Source: Blepharisma stoltei ATCC 30299
Taxonomy: Eukaryota; Protista; Ciliophora
NCBI GenBank assembly: GCA_965603825.1
Contig: CBFDEM010000024.1
Coordinates: 186,001-250,000, forward strand
Length of the DNA stretch: 64,000 nt
Direction: 5' to 3'
Program-made: the position numbers and the translations under genes
Notes under the pieces: model-generated
The model's database searches: none
What the model was told of the DNA's origin: nothing
Seen by the model: the letters and a program-made list of their open reading frames with translations, nothing else
Part shown: positions 49,520-61,312 of the stretch, in pieces
Layout of the letters: every line of letters begins with the position of its first letter
How positions within the stretch are numbered: the first letter of the stretch is position 1

Positions 49520-49990
49520 ATGCTTGGTGATAATAACTTTCACAAAAATCTCCTAGTTCCTTGCAAGCACGAACCAACTGTAGATAACCGATATGGAGTT
49601 CACTTTGAATTCAACGATTTATGTAATCGATTGCTTGAAGTTCAAGCTAATCAGCTTAGCCAAGATCTTCAGCCCAAGATTAAAAGAAAACCAATTCGTT
49701 TTCCATCGCTATCTCAAATTCCAAAAAACTATCAAAAACCTCAAGAGGCCGTTCAAACTAAGCCAAAGCGCTTGCACCCTCTTGCTAAAAATATCTTATT
49801 TTCAACTTTTGATGAATCCAACAACCGAACTACGACAAGTATAATGAGGAAGTCAAATTCAATTTCTCCAGCAAAGCAGCGATTTTCCTTAGAAAATTCA
49901 AAGAGCAACAAAAAGCTGCACTCTAAACTTCTAACTGAGAAGCCAATAAAAAGGAAGAGAGCAAGCACTCACATTAGTCTAAAATGCTAA
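49520..49990 (+). CDS. Hypothetical basic protein
   Basis: 156-aa ATG-to-TAA ORF. Confidence 0.65.
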   Translation: MLGDNNFHKNLLVPCKHEPTVDNRYGVHFEFNDLCNRLLEVQANQLSQDLQPKIKRKPIRFPSLSQIPKNYQKPQEAVQTKPKRLHPLAKNILFSTFDESNNRTTTSIMRKSNSISPAKQRFSLENSKSNKKLHSKLLTEKPIKRKRASTHISLKC

Positions 49991-50132
49991 TTACATAAAT
50001 CGTTATATCAACATAATTTTCATAATTTAAGAGAAACATGCGAATGCTTACTTCAAAATCAACCATTTAAAATAACAAAATCAGGAAATTTATGATCTGA
50101 AATACAATAACTATACTAATTCTATAGTAAAA

Positions 50133-51518
50133 TTATAAAATTATATAATCATCACCTTCATTTTGAGCAGGGTGTTGATAATTTTCTCTACAATAGTCAG
50201 GAGTGTGCGTTTTCAATGTAATCAGCCCATTGATCTGATCCTTTCCAGCCTCCATCAGTTTTTCAAATAGAACATAGTCTTCTTTATTCCTTATATAAAA
50301 TCCTAAAGACATTGAGCTCTCTGCTTCACATATAGGCAATATCTTTGGCGAAGAGCAGCTATAACTGGCCTGGTTTTCTCTCAAACTCTCATTAGACTTG
50401 CACACCTTCTGTACTAAATGAGGATCAAGAAAAATGAAGCTTTCTTCTTGGTACCCAACAAAATACAAGGCAGAGCGAGGTTTTCCACCTACAATTCCAA
50501 CAGTCTGAGGCATAGATAAAAAATACTTAACAGCAGAATGAAACTCAGGCTGAATTGTTTTTAAGCCTAGCATAACAGGAAGCATAATTAAAATGCTTGC
50601 GTCTCAATCATAGGCCAAGAATTTTTCAAAACAATCATTGCATTCTTCACTGCTTTCTTCACAATCAAAAGTTTCAAAAGGAATATCTACAAGGGCTGAT
50701 ATAAGCTGATCTCTGTAAATGACTGAGTCCATGAATACTTTGGCTTTAAAATTGGGAATTGGGTTTTTGCTGATTAGTCTTTCAATTGTGTGGCAAATTG
50801 TAGAAGGAGAGTACCAATCTCCAGGGAGTTTATCGAACTCTACTCCAAGCTCTGTTATTTTATGTACAGAAAACGGTGCTGTCATGAGGTTTTCTTGGAT
50901 TGTTTCTAATAAGGAAAAATTATCTTCATAATTAAAGTGTCTCTTTAAAGTGTTTAGAAGCATCATTTGTCCTGCACGAATTGTGCATCCTCACCCAGCA
51001 TCAGTAGTGAGGACTTTTAAATGTTGCTTTTCACTGCCCTTAAGTCTATTTATTGGTCTAAAGCCACTCCTATACGTTACTCAAATTATTTGACTGAAGT
51101 CCCTAATAAACTCTTTATACCCTAGTTCTCCATCTGTTTTATTAATCGGCTGATTAGTCTCAATGATTCTTGGATAATATGTTTTTCCCATCAAAATTGC
51201 TGGAGAATCTTCAAAGTCCAACGTCACCTTATGGGAGACAATATGATGCATATTATACCTTGCGTTTGCACTTGCCTTCGAAAATCAATTAGATTTCAAT
51301 AATTCTACAGGAAAATAATAATCAGGAGTATTTGTCATATAGGGTGGATCACTGTTCTGTTGAAATAATGAAATAGTGATTTCATCTAATGTTGGCTTAG
51401 GCTCGCTTTTTGGTCTTATTGTTTCTTTGCTTTTCGTTTTATGTGAGATATTGCCACCACTTGAGTACATTTGGTTGCCTTCTGTCATATACGGAGTAAA
51501 AAATTCAGGATCTACCAT
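50133..51518 (-). CDS. ATG4: Autophagy cysteine protease ATG4, 461 aa
   Basis: II[TGA=W]VTYRSGF, TTDAG[TGA=W]GCTIRAGQM, GIVGGKPRSALYFVG, FLDPH. Confidence 0.95.
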
Positions 51519-51577
51519 ATTACTGTGAGTTAATAAATTTTAAATATTCTGAGTAATAAAATTTGCATACTTTATAA

Positions 51578-52375
51578 ATGTCAAAAAGAGAAAAAGAGCA
51601 TTTAGTTAGAGTCTGTGTTCTAGGCTCGACATTTACTGGAAAATCGTGTCTATGTAATCGATTTGTTTGTAATAATTTTGAATGGGTTTATGAGCCGACT
51701 ACTGAAGTAAGACCCTATAGAAAACTTGTGAATATTACAGAGGACGAAGAAAATAAACAATATTGTATGATGCTAATTGAAGACTTATTTCCAATTAACC
51801 ACCCCTATTTGCAAAACCCTGAACAAAGCGAAGAAGCCAAGAATATGAGCAATCAATATGATCTTATCTTAGAAAACCGCAGAGAAAGCAAGAAAAAAAG
51901 CAGCGAAAAAGCCTTATATAAAGAACACCCTATACACGCTTATGTATACGTTTTTGACCTGACCGAAAAAACCTCTTTTGATGAAGTCGAAAGAGTAATC
52001 GAATACATCCACACTCGAGAAGAAAAAGAAGCTGGCAAAAAGAAATCTGGTATTGCTGTCAAAATCCTTGTAGGCACCAAAAAAGATTTGCAGAGAAATG
52101 CTGTGCCTTCACAAAAAATAGAACAAGTTAAAAAGAAGTACAATTTGATGTATAGAAAAGTGAGTGCTTTAGAAAACAGTGATGTAAAAGACGTATTTTT
52201 AGACGTCGCAAGAATTGTAATGGATAGCATGTCATCTGGAATGAATGAAGATGAGGACGAAGACATGTTTTTTGGAACAGGCTTTTGAAATTGGCTTGGA
52301 TGTGGAGGAAGGGATGAAAAGAATAAAGATGAAGATGAGGACGAAGAAGAAACTAAAAAATGCAGAATTTTTTAA
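51578..52375 (+). CDS. Atypical Ras-superfamily small GTPase with CAAX (CRIF), 265 aa
   Basis: G1 GSTFTGKS, G2 YEPT, divergent G3 EDLFP, G4 TKKD, G5 VSA; reading through TGA 52286-52288 gives ...KKCRIF-TAA. Confidence 0.85.
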
Positions 52376-52431
52376 AATTTATATTAATTATTTTAAGGCA
52401 TTTTCAACAGTAAAAGTTAAAATCTTATGAT

Positions 52432-52962
52432 TTATTCTGTATTAAGCACAAAATAAGGGTCAAGCCTGAATTTTTGATCAAACCTAATCAGCCATTTATC
52501 AAGCACATCTGCAGGCAAAACTAGCATTCCTTGGTTCATATCAGTATTTTTATTAAAACTTTCCATAAATCTATATAGATTTAAAGCCACTTTTTTGGCG
52601 TACTGTTGTCTGATATCGGAATTCGCTTTGTTTTCGACAAGACCTGCAATATTCGAAATCAATTCTACAGATATAAGCAGTTTAATCAAAGAAGAGGAGT
52701 TTATTGAAGGGTTAAAGCTTCATGCTGTATGAATTATATCACTTGGCCTCTCATTTGCGATTGCTCCTAAAAACTCTATTGTCGCAAATGGAGGGATGCT
52801 GTAAGATAATGCAGCTGCATAACCTTCAGGAAGGGGAGAAGCCAAGAAAAATGTCAAATTGTTGATAAGGCCTGGTGACGGTAAATCTATAGTCCATTGT
52901 GTTTCGCTAATTTGTGTGAAATTATAAATTACAGGCTGACCTGGAATTATAATCCCAAACAT
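52432..52962 (-). CDS. HIKESHI: Hikeshi/Opi10 (DUF775) Hsp70 nuclear import carrier, 176 aa
   Basis: MFGIIIPG, FLGAIANERPSDI, ISVE, W..RF..KF..DP.F; one TGA. Confidence 0.88.
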
Positions 52963-53357
52963 ATTTTTATAATTCTGGAATTTTGATTTTTGAAATTTGA
53001 TACTAAGGAACAACATTATCAAAAAATTGCAATTAATTCAGAAAGTAGTGCTAGATAAATTATTTCATATTATTGTGGCTTAGTCTGAGTTATGTGGTTT
53101 TATTAGCAACTAATGAAATTTATTTTTATTAAAGCAACATGTGATTTATTTTCTCATTATTAATGTTCGAGCTCTTTCATGCCATAAAAATAATATTTTA
53201 TCGGTCTTAATAATGCACAGAAAGAGAGATTTTATTCACTATTCAGTAATCATCGAAAAAATATCTTTATCCAAAAAATATTTTTCACATGATGGCATCA
53301 ATCTGGAAAATTTAAAGGTATCTTAAATAACGTATATATAACTGAATAGTAAAATAA

Positions 53358-54380
53358 ATGGACACGAAACAGATCGAAGAGACCAATCATTTGAAAGAAG
53401 ACGTGTACACCTTAGCCATGTCACCTTTAATCGCGACGGCTCTTAATTCAATGCTTAGTTTTGACGTCCCCAAGCTTTTAGAAACCCCTAAATCAATTGA
53501 TGAATTGGCTCAAGCCACCCTCTCAGTCAAGCACAAATTAGAGCGAACTTTACTGGCTCTTGAAGCTTTTGGCTACTTCTCTTATGACGAGCATTCCAAA
53601 ACTTGGTCAAACTCTCCTAAGACCTCACTATTTTTAGACAAAAATTTTCGTGATGCGATTTATTTTTGTTGTGTCCCTTTTCAATACGAAATTTTGCTGA
53701 AGTTCAGTGATGCCCTACGATGTGACCAGTCTTCTTGCTATCTCCAATTTGGTAGAAATATTTATGAGGAGCTAAGCCAACGGAGTTTAGACAAAAACTA
53801 TTTTCATACAGGTCTCGGAGCTTATACCAAAATGTCAGGAGATGCTTTATTTGATACTATAACATTGACTGGCTTAAATAAAGTTTTAGACGCAGGAGGT
53901 GGAGATGGTACTTTATTATGTGAATTGGCAAAGAGAAATCCAAATATAGAATGCACCGTTCTTGATATTCCTTCATTAAGTGAGCTAGCAACGAAGATTA
54001 TAGAAAGTTATGGGCTTCAAGATAGAGTCAAATTTGTACCAGGAGATTTCAGACAAGAAATACCAAGCGGATTTGACTGCATTTTATTCAAGCAGGCGCT
54101 TAATAGCTGAAGTGATGAAGTCGTTATAAAAATTTTGGAAAACTGCTATAAAGCTTTAGAAAATGGAAAAAAGCTAATTATTATCGAGCACGCAGTGGTA
54201 AAAAGTGATGAAAACTATCGAGAAGTTAGGTACTTAGATTTGATGGGAATATCAGAAATCGAGTCAAGGACGAGAAACCCGGAAGAATTCAAAATGGTTA
54301 TTGAATATGCAGGATTTACAATTGAAAATATCAAGAGGCTTCAAGGTCAATATATGTTTGAAGCCGTAAAATCTGCTTAA
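53358..54380 (+). CDS. SAM-dependent O-methyltransferase (COMT/ASMT-like, Methyltransf_2), 340 aa
   Basis: Dimerisation N-domain, VLDAGGGDG, LDIP, GDF, LNS[TGA=W]SDE..IL.NC..AL..G. Confidence 0.9.
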
Positions 54381-54399
54381 TATATTCGCTTAATTCTTA

Positions 54400-57300
54400 T
54401 TATTTCTTTATAAATAGATCTCTAACTTTTGCAGCATGCTTTTTCTTTTGCACTTTTTTTCTATAATGCATATCTGCCCAACTCACCAAATATTTTTCAA
54501 ACATAAAGGCACATATTCCATAGCCTAAGCAAATTGCTGTTAAAATGTATCTAAAATTTCATGGCAAGTAAGTCAGCTAAATATCCCTTACATCATATAT
54601 ATCTCGTATAATTTCTGCAGGATATAAAATTGAGTACAAAGTAAATGAAATAAGGGCAAGTAGCACAAGAGTAAACCAAAAATTCGTGTACATTGCTTTT
54701 TTTCAAGGTTTTCCAATATTAAAATTGAAGCAGACTACTTCATATTCAAACCAGCTCACAAGAAATAGAACAGTGTTCGGATCACAATGGAAAAAATCAG
54801 TAATTGGCTCTCCTGGCTTATAGTCATTTGGTTTAAAAAATGCCATTTCATTTGCTATAAAATATGTGAGGATCTGAGTAATAGTTTCCAATGCAGTTTG
54901 CCCTATAACTGACGTTAAAACTGCGACTGACATAAGTGAAGCTGTAGGGTGTCTTTTTGATAGTTTATGATATGGCCCTGTTTTACTCATAGTAATAGCT
55001 AATGGAAGCATGGTAACCATGTCAAAAGTTACGAATTGGTTGTTAGTAAGGCAAGACCCCATAGAATAAAGCATGCTCACTGTGATAAATTGGATTGTGG
55101 AGTAGAGGAACATAAATTTGAAGCATTGGGTAGACGTTGTTAAGGCACATCTGCCTTCTTTTAGAACTGTAATTACACAAGAAATATCAGAAATCTGAGA
55201 AGTAAATGGTGCAGCAATAGAAGCTTCTTTTTCGCTTAATGAAATTCCTATGTCAGCTGACTTTAAGGCTCCACAGTCATTAGCGCCATCCCCACACATG
55301 CCTATAAGATAGCCTAGTTTTTGAATTCTTTCTACTAGAAGAGTTTTGTGTTCAGGCGACATCCTTGCAAAAACTCTGCATTTTTCCAATACAATTTTAA
55401 ATCCAATTACTGAGTCAGGATCTCCTTGATCTGACAGTTTTGCCATGTGAGCTAAAGAAGCCCCAGTAAGTGCTAGTGCATAGTTTGCTTCAAATCCCTG
55501 ATTCCTTCAAGGGGGCTCAGCTTTTAATTCATGCTCCTCTGAGTCTCCTTCATGATAAGTTGACCTAAAAACCTGCCATAATAGCCTTTCTCCATGCATT
55601 TCTCCTAAATATACAGTAAACTCAGGGTCAATCATCGTGCATTCTCTAGCTACAGAAATTCCGGTCAGCACAGCATCTCCTGTAGACATGATTGTTTTTA
55701 TTCCAACTTTATGTAAATTTCTAATTACTGGCATTGTTTGTGGCTTTAGCTTGTTCTGTAAAATAATTAGCCCAAGGAAAGTCAAATTGGTTTCTAATTC
55801 TTCTAACTTTTGTGACTTTAAGTCAGAATATTTGATAGGAGGAAGTTCTTTATAAGCACAAGCAAGCACTCTGTATCCTGCACATGTATAATTTCCTAAT
55901 ATAATTTTTATATCACTTGATATTGAGCTCGGCAAGCATTTTTCTATAACAACTTCAGGAGCACCTTTCATATAAAACTGGAAAGAACTTTCTTTCAAAT
56001 TTTTTGTTATCACACCCATTCGTTTTAGCTTAGACGTAAAATGAAAAGTATGCAAAATTCCAAGCTCATAAGGAGCTTCAATCATGCTTATCACATTTCC
56101 TTCTTCATCAAAAACAGGAGGGCTTTCAGATTCTTCTTTAGGCTTCACTACAGCTTTGACAGCAGGCTCATAAATTTCTTCGTCAGGCTCTTCAAATATC
56201 CATCTGGTGCTGTTAAATATTTGTAAATCTTGAGTGTCACCTACAAGTTTTTGGTCTATTGTTGTTAATGAGTGGCAAGAAGCCATGCATTCTACCAAAT
56301 TTTTTGAATTTTTTTCGATCAATTGTGGATTATCACATAAAGCGTCCATTTTATTATCATTGCAAGGCTGAATGCCTACTAAAATCATACCATCTTCAGT
56401 CAAGGTTCCTGTCTTATCAAAGCAATAAATATCAATTTTCCCAGCCACATTTACACGAGGAGGGGCAATGCAGAAAATATGGCTTTTTCGCAAGCGACTA
56501 ATAGCAAAAGCTGTTCCTACATTCATACATGCTGGGAGAGATGGAGGAACTGTGATAGTTATTAAATCCAAGCATCGAACCCATACTTGGTCTAATGGAA
56601 TTCCTATATAAATCATAATAGGCATGCATATTAAAAACCCAGTGATCGCGATAATGGAAAGAACCCCAACAAAAAGCATTGAGTCTCTATAGAATTTAAA
56701 TTTATTTGGCTTTGGGAATAGGATTGATCTTACCATTTTTCCTTTCATAGTGGAGAAACCAATACGAGTAACAATGCCAAGAACATTGGCTCCCCCATAG
56801 TTGCGTGTTTGAATTACCTTGGTGCCTTCATATAAGCTATGTCGCTTATCATATTCTATGCTATAAATTGGCTCGTCCAGATAAGGCAATGGATCTTTGA
56901 TGACTGGTACTGACTCGCCAGTAAGAGTGCCTTCGTCAATTATACAGCCGCCAGATATAAGCACCACATCGCAAGGAATTTCACAGCCTTGAGGGATTTG
57001 AATTAGATCGCCAGGCACTAGTTCTGGGCTTTCGACGTTTTTTCAGCTTCCTTCTCTAAGTACATTTATATTAATGCTGCGCTTGGCAAGGCTATGAATT
57101 GCACTCATCGATTTTCTTGTTTGATATACACTTGTTCCTAATGAAATTAACGTAATACAAATAATAGCCCCCGAGAAATAAAAATATTGTTCAAAGTACC
57201 ACACTCCTACGCTGAAAACCTGAAAAATATAAAACGGATGCAGCACTTCTTCTCATATAAGTTTTGGAATTGTCTTCAGCGGGACAATAATTTGGCATGA

Positions 57301-57804
57301 CCCAAAAAGGGATTTTAATTCAACAATTTCTTCATTTTCGATATACCCATGGCTATATTTATCAATTATTTTTTTATATCCCAAGCTTATATCAAAATAA
57401 AGTGGCTGGAATTCTTTTCCATCAAAATAATACTGCAAATAATGATGCTGAAAGGTCTGAATGGTCCCTAATATTTTAGAATGCTTTATTGCTGTCGGAA
57501 TAAACTCTAAAAAATACTGAGATTTTACTAGGAGGTGTGTGGCCTCTGCCGGGCCAGATCTAGAAAATCGGAATGCGATATGAAAATTTAGAAATCAGCG
57601 ATCAATTAAAAAGAGTATCCCACATGTTAGAATGACCAGAATCCAAAATAGTAGACCACGAATTTTACTGTATCGGTAAGGCTCTATATATTGGATTATT
57701 GAGTCTTCATCAGCATCTCTATGGATTTTGCATATAACTCGTTGTGGATAAGGATTAATAAGTGGAGAGTTTAAACTGGAATTCTTTTCATTGGTGATAT
57801 CCAT
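54400..57804 (-). CDS. P5B-type ATPase (ATP13A family), about 1129 aa
   Basis: PFYIFQ, LTGES, VPPSLP, FDKTGTLT, KGAPE, TGD, MCGDGANDCGALK; several TGA codons and one intron. Confidence 0.95.
54577..54591 (-). other. 15-nt intron in the P5B ATPase
   Basis: GTAAGGGATATTTAG; removal eliminates a TAG and restores the last TM segment. Confidence 0.88.
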
Positions 57805-58066
57805 TATAATGCGCCAGAAACGTGATTAATTCAAAGAATAAAGATGCATTCTATAAATCGGATTTTTGGCTGTGAAACTGTATCAGAAATCAAGCAATTA
57901 AGAGTTATAAGGATTATCTATAACAGCTTCAGCTAAGAAAGTATAATTATACTAAAAATGGAGCTATAAATTTGGCTTATTTGTTTTGCGACTATTTTCT
58001 TTAAAATTTCTTTCAAAATGCTAGATTCCACCTCTTTTAGTATTTCCCATAATAATTCGAACTAAT

Positions 58067-59086
58067 ATGGTTTGGTTGTTTCTTTCCTTTCTCCTCTCCA
58101 TTTCAGCTAAAGATATCAGAGCTGATACATATCTAGTAAACCTAGACGACGCTCCAGAAGCTCGTTGGAGAAATGTAATTGAAGGCAAACTTCTTCAAAT
58201 GAAATCTTTTATCAAGTATATTGAAGATGAAGTTGGCTCAGGCGAAATCATGACCGCTGCAGCACTCCTTAAACTTGCCCACCTTGAAGAGAGCCAGAAA
58301 AAAGAACTAGAAGGAATCTCCAAGCTTTCAGGTTTCAGCTACAACACCATTTTGGTGCTTAATTTCATGTATGAGTTTTACTCATCATGCACATCAATAG
58401 TAGTAAATACACCAGACCACCATGTATTATTTGGCAGAAATCTAGACTATGACTACGCAAAATACATAAACAAGCTAGTTGTGGAGGTTGATTTTATTAA
58501 AAATGGGAAGCTTGCTTTCAAGGCTGTAACTATGGCTGGATTCATTGGAATCCTTACTGGGGTGAAGCCAAATGGGTTTGCAATTTCACTTAACCAAAGG
58601 ACTATGCATGACAGTGCTAAATTTTGGGAGTCACTTTCTATTGTGTCTGGGCATACAGCTTCAGCTTTTGCTATAAGGACCGCATTTGAAGCCAAAAACA
58701 CTTATCAGGAAGCCAAAAACTACTTAAAAAATGTCCCATTAATTGCAGGGAGCTATTTTACTATTGGAGGAGTCAACGAAAATGAAGGTGCTGTAATCAC
58801 CAGAAGCAGAAATTATGCTGCTGATGTGTGGGAGATGAATGAGAAAAGATGGTTTTTAGTGCAAACTAATTATGATCATTGGCTTGTCCATCCAAAAAGT
58901 GATGATAGATACCATCCAGCTGTTGATATTATTGAAAAAGCTGGGGAAGGAAACGTGGATAAAGGAGTCTTATTTAAAGTCCTCGGAACTCCTCCAGTGC
59001 TGGAAATTGATAATTCTACTATCCATTCTACTGTGATGAATCCTTATACAGGAGAGCTTGACAACTGGGTAAGAATTTATGAGTAA
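58067..59086 (+). CDS. Acid ceramidase / NAAA-like Ntn hydrolase
   Basis: Signal peptide, VNLD.APE.RW, catalytic CTSIV, GRNLDY, LVQTNYDHW, DDR. Confidence 0.93.
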   Translation: MVWLFLSFLLSISAKDIRADTYLVNLDDAPEARWRNVIEGKLLQMKSFIKYIEDEVGSGEIMTAAALLKLAHLEESQKKELEGISKLSGFSYNTILVLNFMYEFYSSCTSIVVNTPDHHVLFGRNLDYDYAKYINKLVVEVDFIKNGKLAFKAVTMAGFIGILTGVKPNGFAISLNQRTMHDSAKFWESLSIVSGHTASAFAIRTAFEAKNTYQEAKNYLKNVPLIAGSYFTIGGVNENEGAVITRSRNYAADVWEMNEKRWFLVQTNYDHWLVHPKSDDRYHPAVDIIEKAGEGNVDKGVLFKVLGTPPVLEIDNSTIHSTVMNPYTGELDNWVRIYE

Positions 59087-59280
59087 TAAAATTAATTAGA
59101 CCAAAAATATATAAATAATCCAATCTGATCCTATTTTCTTAATATTTCAGCAAATTCAGTTTAACATCTCCTAAGCTTAATAGACTTCTGTTTTAAATCA
59201 TTTTTCTTCTTTCAAACAACCTCCATTTAAATTCCTTTTCTTTTTTTATAATTCCCCATAGCATTTCCTTATTTGAAATC

Positions 59281-60216
59281 ATGAAAGCTTTATCAGAAGA
59301 CGAACAACTTGAAGCCATCGATAGGGTAAATTCTGCATCAAGCAGTGCTGACCAACAAGAGCTTGAGCAAATAATTACTCAAGTTCTCCCAGATCCTGTA
59401 ACCCCAAAGCTGCAAGTTTGAAAATTCATCTCAAATTTGTGTTCTTGCTTTGCTCCAGTCTACAAGCCAAACCCTGAAAGAACCAAGGAATGCTGGCTCG
59501 CTCCACAAACTCCGAAACAGTTTGGCAAGAAAACGCTGGTTTTGGATTTAGATGAAACTTTGGTGCACAGCAGCTTTAATCCGAATCCGACCAGTGATAT
59601 TATAATACAGGTAGACATAAACGGTATGAATCACTTTGTGTATATTCTCAAAAGACCTGGGGTTAATCAATTTTTGGAAGCCCTTGCTGATGATTATGAA
59701 ATAATAATTTACACAGCTAGTTTATCAAAATATGCAAGTCCTTTGCTAGATTTAATTGATAAAAAGAAAGTTATCAGCGGAAGACTATATAGACAGCACT
59801 GTACCTTTTTTAATGGAACCTATGTTAAAGATTTATCTTTACTAGGAAGAGACTTAGAAAGCGTCGTAATTGTTGATAACTCTCCAATAGCTTATAGCTT
59901 TAATCCAGATAACGCAATTCCGATCTCTTCATGGTTTGAGGATCCAAATGATAGAGAATTATTTGATTTAATTCCAATTCTAAAAGCTTTAGCAAAAGAA
60001 AGCAGCATTCCTAACACCTTGAGAGAATTGAAACAGAGAAAACTTGAAATTACTTTGAATAACCTGATGGAGTTGTGTGGTGGGAAAAATCTTCAGCAGC
60101 AAGTCAATGATGAACCAAAACGAAGTGAGCACAATTCTGCGCAAGATCGCAACAGGGCATATTTCAATTCTCCTATGGGCTCTCAAGCAGAGAAAATCCA
60201 TTTTAATTTTGAGTAA
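59281..60216 (+). CDS. CTD small phosphatase-like (SCP/FCP1/NIF HAD family), 311 aa
   Basis: LVLDLDETLVHSSF, KRPG, YTAS..YA, YVKDLS.LGRDL, DNSP; ATG 59281 is in frame through a TGA. Confidence 0.93.
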
Positions 60217-60294
60217 AATTTTTTCAATATAAAAATAATAGTTTATTTTATTTTATTTTTACTTGAAATTTTATTATAGTTATCGCTATTTATC

Positions 60295-61221
60295 TTAATC
60301 ATCAACCTCTTCTATTTTTCCTTCTTGGCTTTCTTTTGATGCTGGCTTTGCTAGCGTTCCTAATTTACTAATATCAAAAGGCTGTCCAGCATAAGGTGAG
60401 CTATCCCACATTTTCTTTAGTGCTTCTTGTGCTTTCTCTTCATCACTAGTAGGCAGTCCTTTTAATTTTCTATCATGCTCATACATGACCTTTCTAATTC
60501 CCATTTGTGTTTCTTCATCATATTCATCAACTCTTCTACTTGTATCCACTGTTTTTGGGTCAATTTCACTATCACCCAGAATGACACATTTCCATACAGA
60601 ATCTTTAGCTTTTTCTAGAGTAATTACTAGAGCTCCATCGTCAATGGTCCAATAGCACCTTTCTTTATGAACGTAGTCGTATAGCTCACCATTTAATACT
60701 GGATCTTGTCCTTTAATTTGAATGAATATTTTTTTGGCATCGAATTTTACATTTATATCTCTAGCTTTGGCTCCTTTAGGCAAGTCTATTTGTAGAGTGA
60801 TATCGTTTAAATCTTGGCTTCATTTGTATTTTTCTGTAGCTGCACCATTATATGTGCTGATACTGGAGTCAACTATGACAGGCTTGGGAACAGATTTTTC
60901 TTCGATTTTCTTTTCTTCAGTCTGCTTAGGCTCTTCTTTGATTTCTTCAACTTTTTCTTCAGTTTTTGGCTCTGGTTTTGGAGCTGGAGGTTTTGGAACA
61001 AATGGATGCTCTCTATTGTAATCTTCTCTGTGATGTTTGTAAATGCTTCATATCAATTGTTCTGCATGACCTGGTAAAAATCCAACAGGGTCTCCAGGGT
61101 TGGCTAGCACAAAAAAGTCAGTCCTTCGCTTGAGAAACCCAAAGAATTCGTTAAGAATAGCTTGGATTCCGCCCATATCTTGTGCCATCATGAAAAGCAT
61201 GTCATCGTATTTTCCAGACAT
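60295..61221 (-). CDS. NudC-family co-chaperone (CS/p23 domain), 308 aa
   Basis: YDDML..MAQ..GGI...L..FFGFL.RRTDFF, KYK[TGA=W]SQ, CS domain, KVMYE...K.KGLPTSDE. Confidence 0.92.
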
Positions 61222-61312
61222 TTTTAATTATTTATTGCGAACAACTATTTAGTGCAAGCTAAGACTAATTTTTAACTTAATAATAAAATTTATTTATAGT
61301 TTACTTTCTTAA

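Noticed and set aside
7695-57804. Fragmented ORFs read as pseudogenes or separate small genes
   Set aside because: The fragments share a frame and are separated only by TGA at Trp positions or by 15-nt introns, so the genes are intact.
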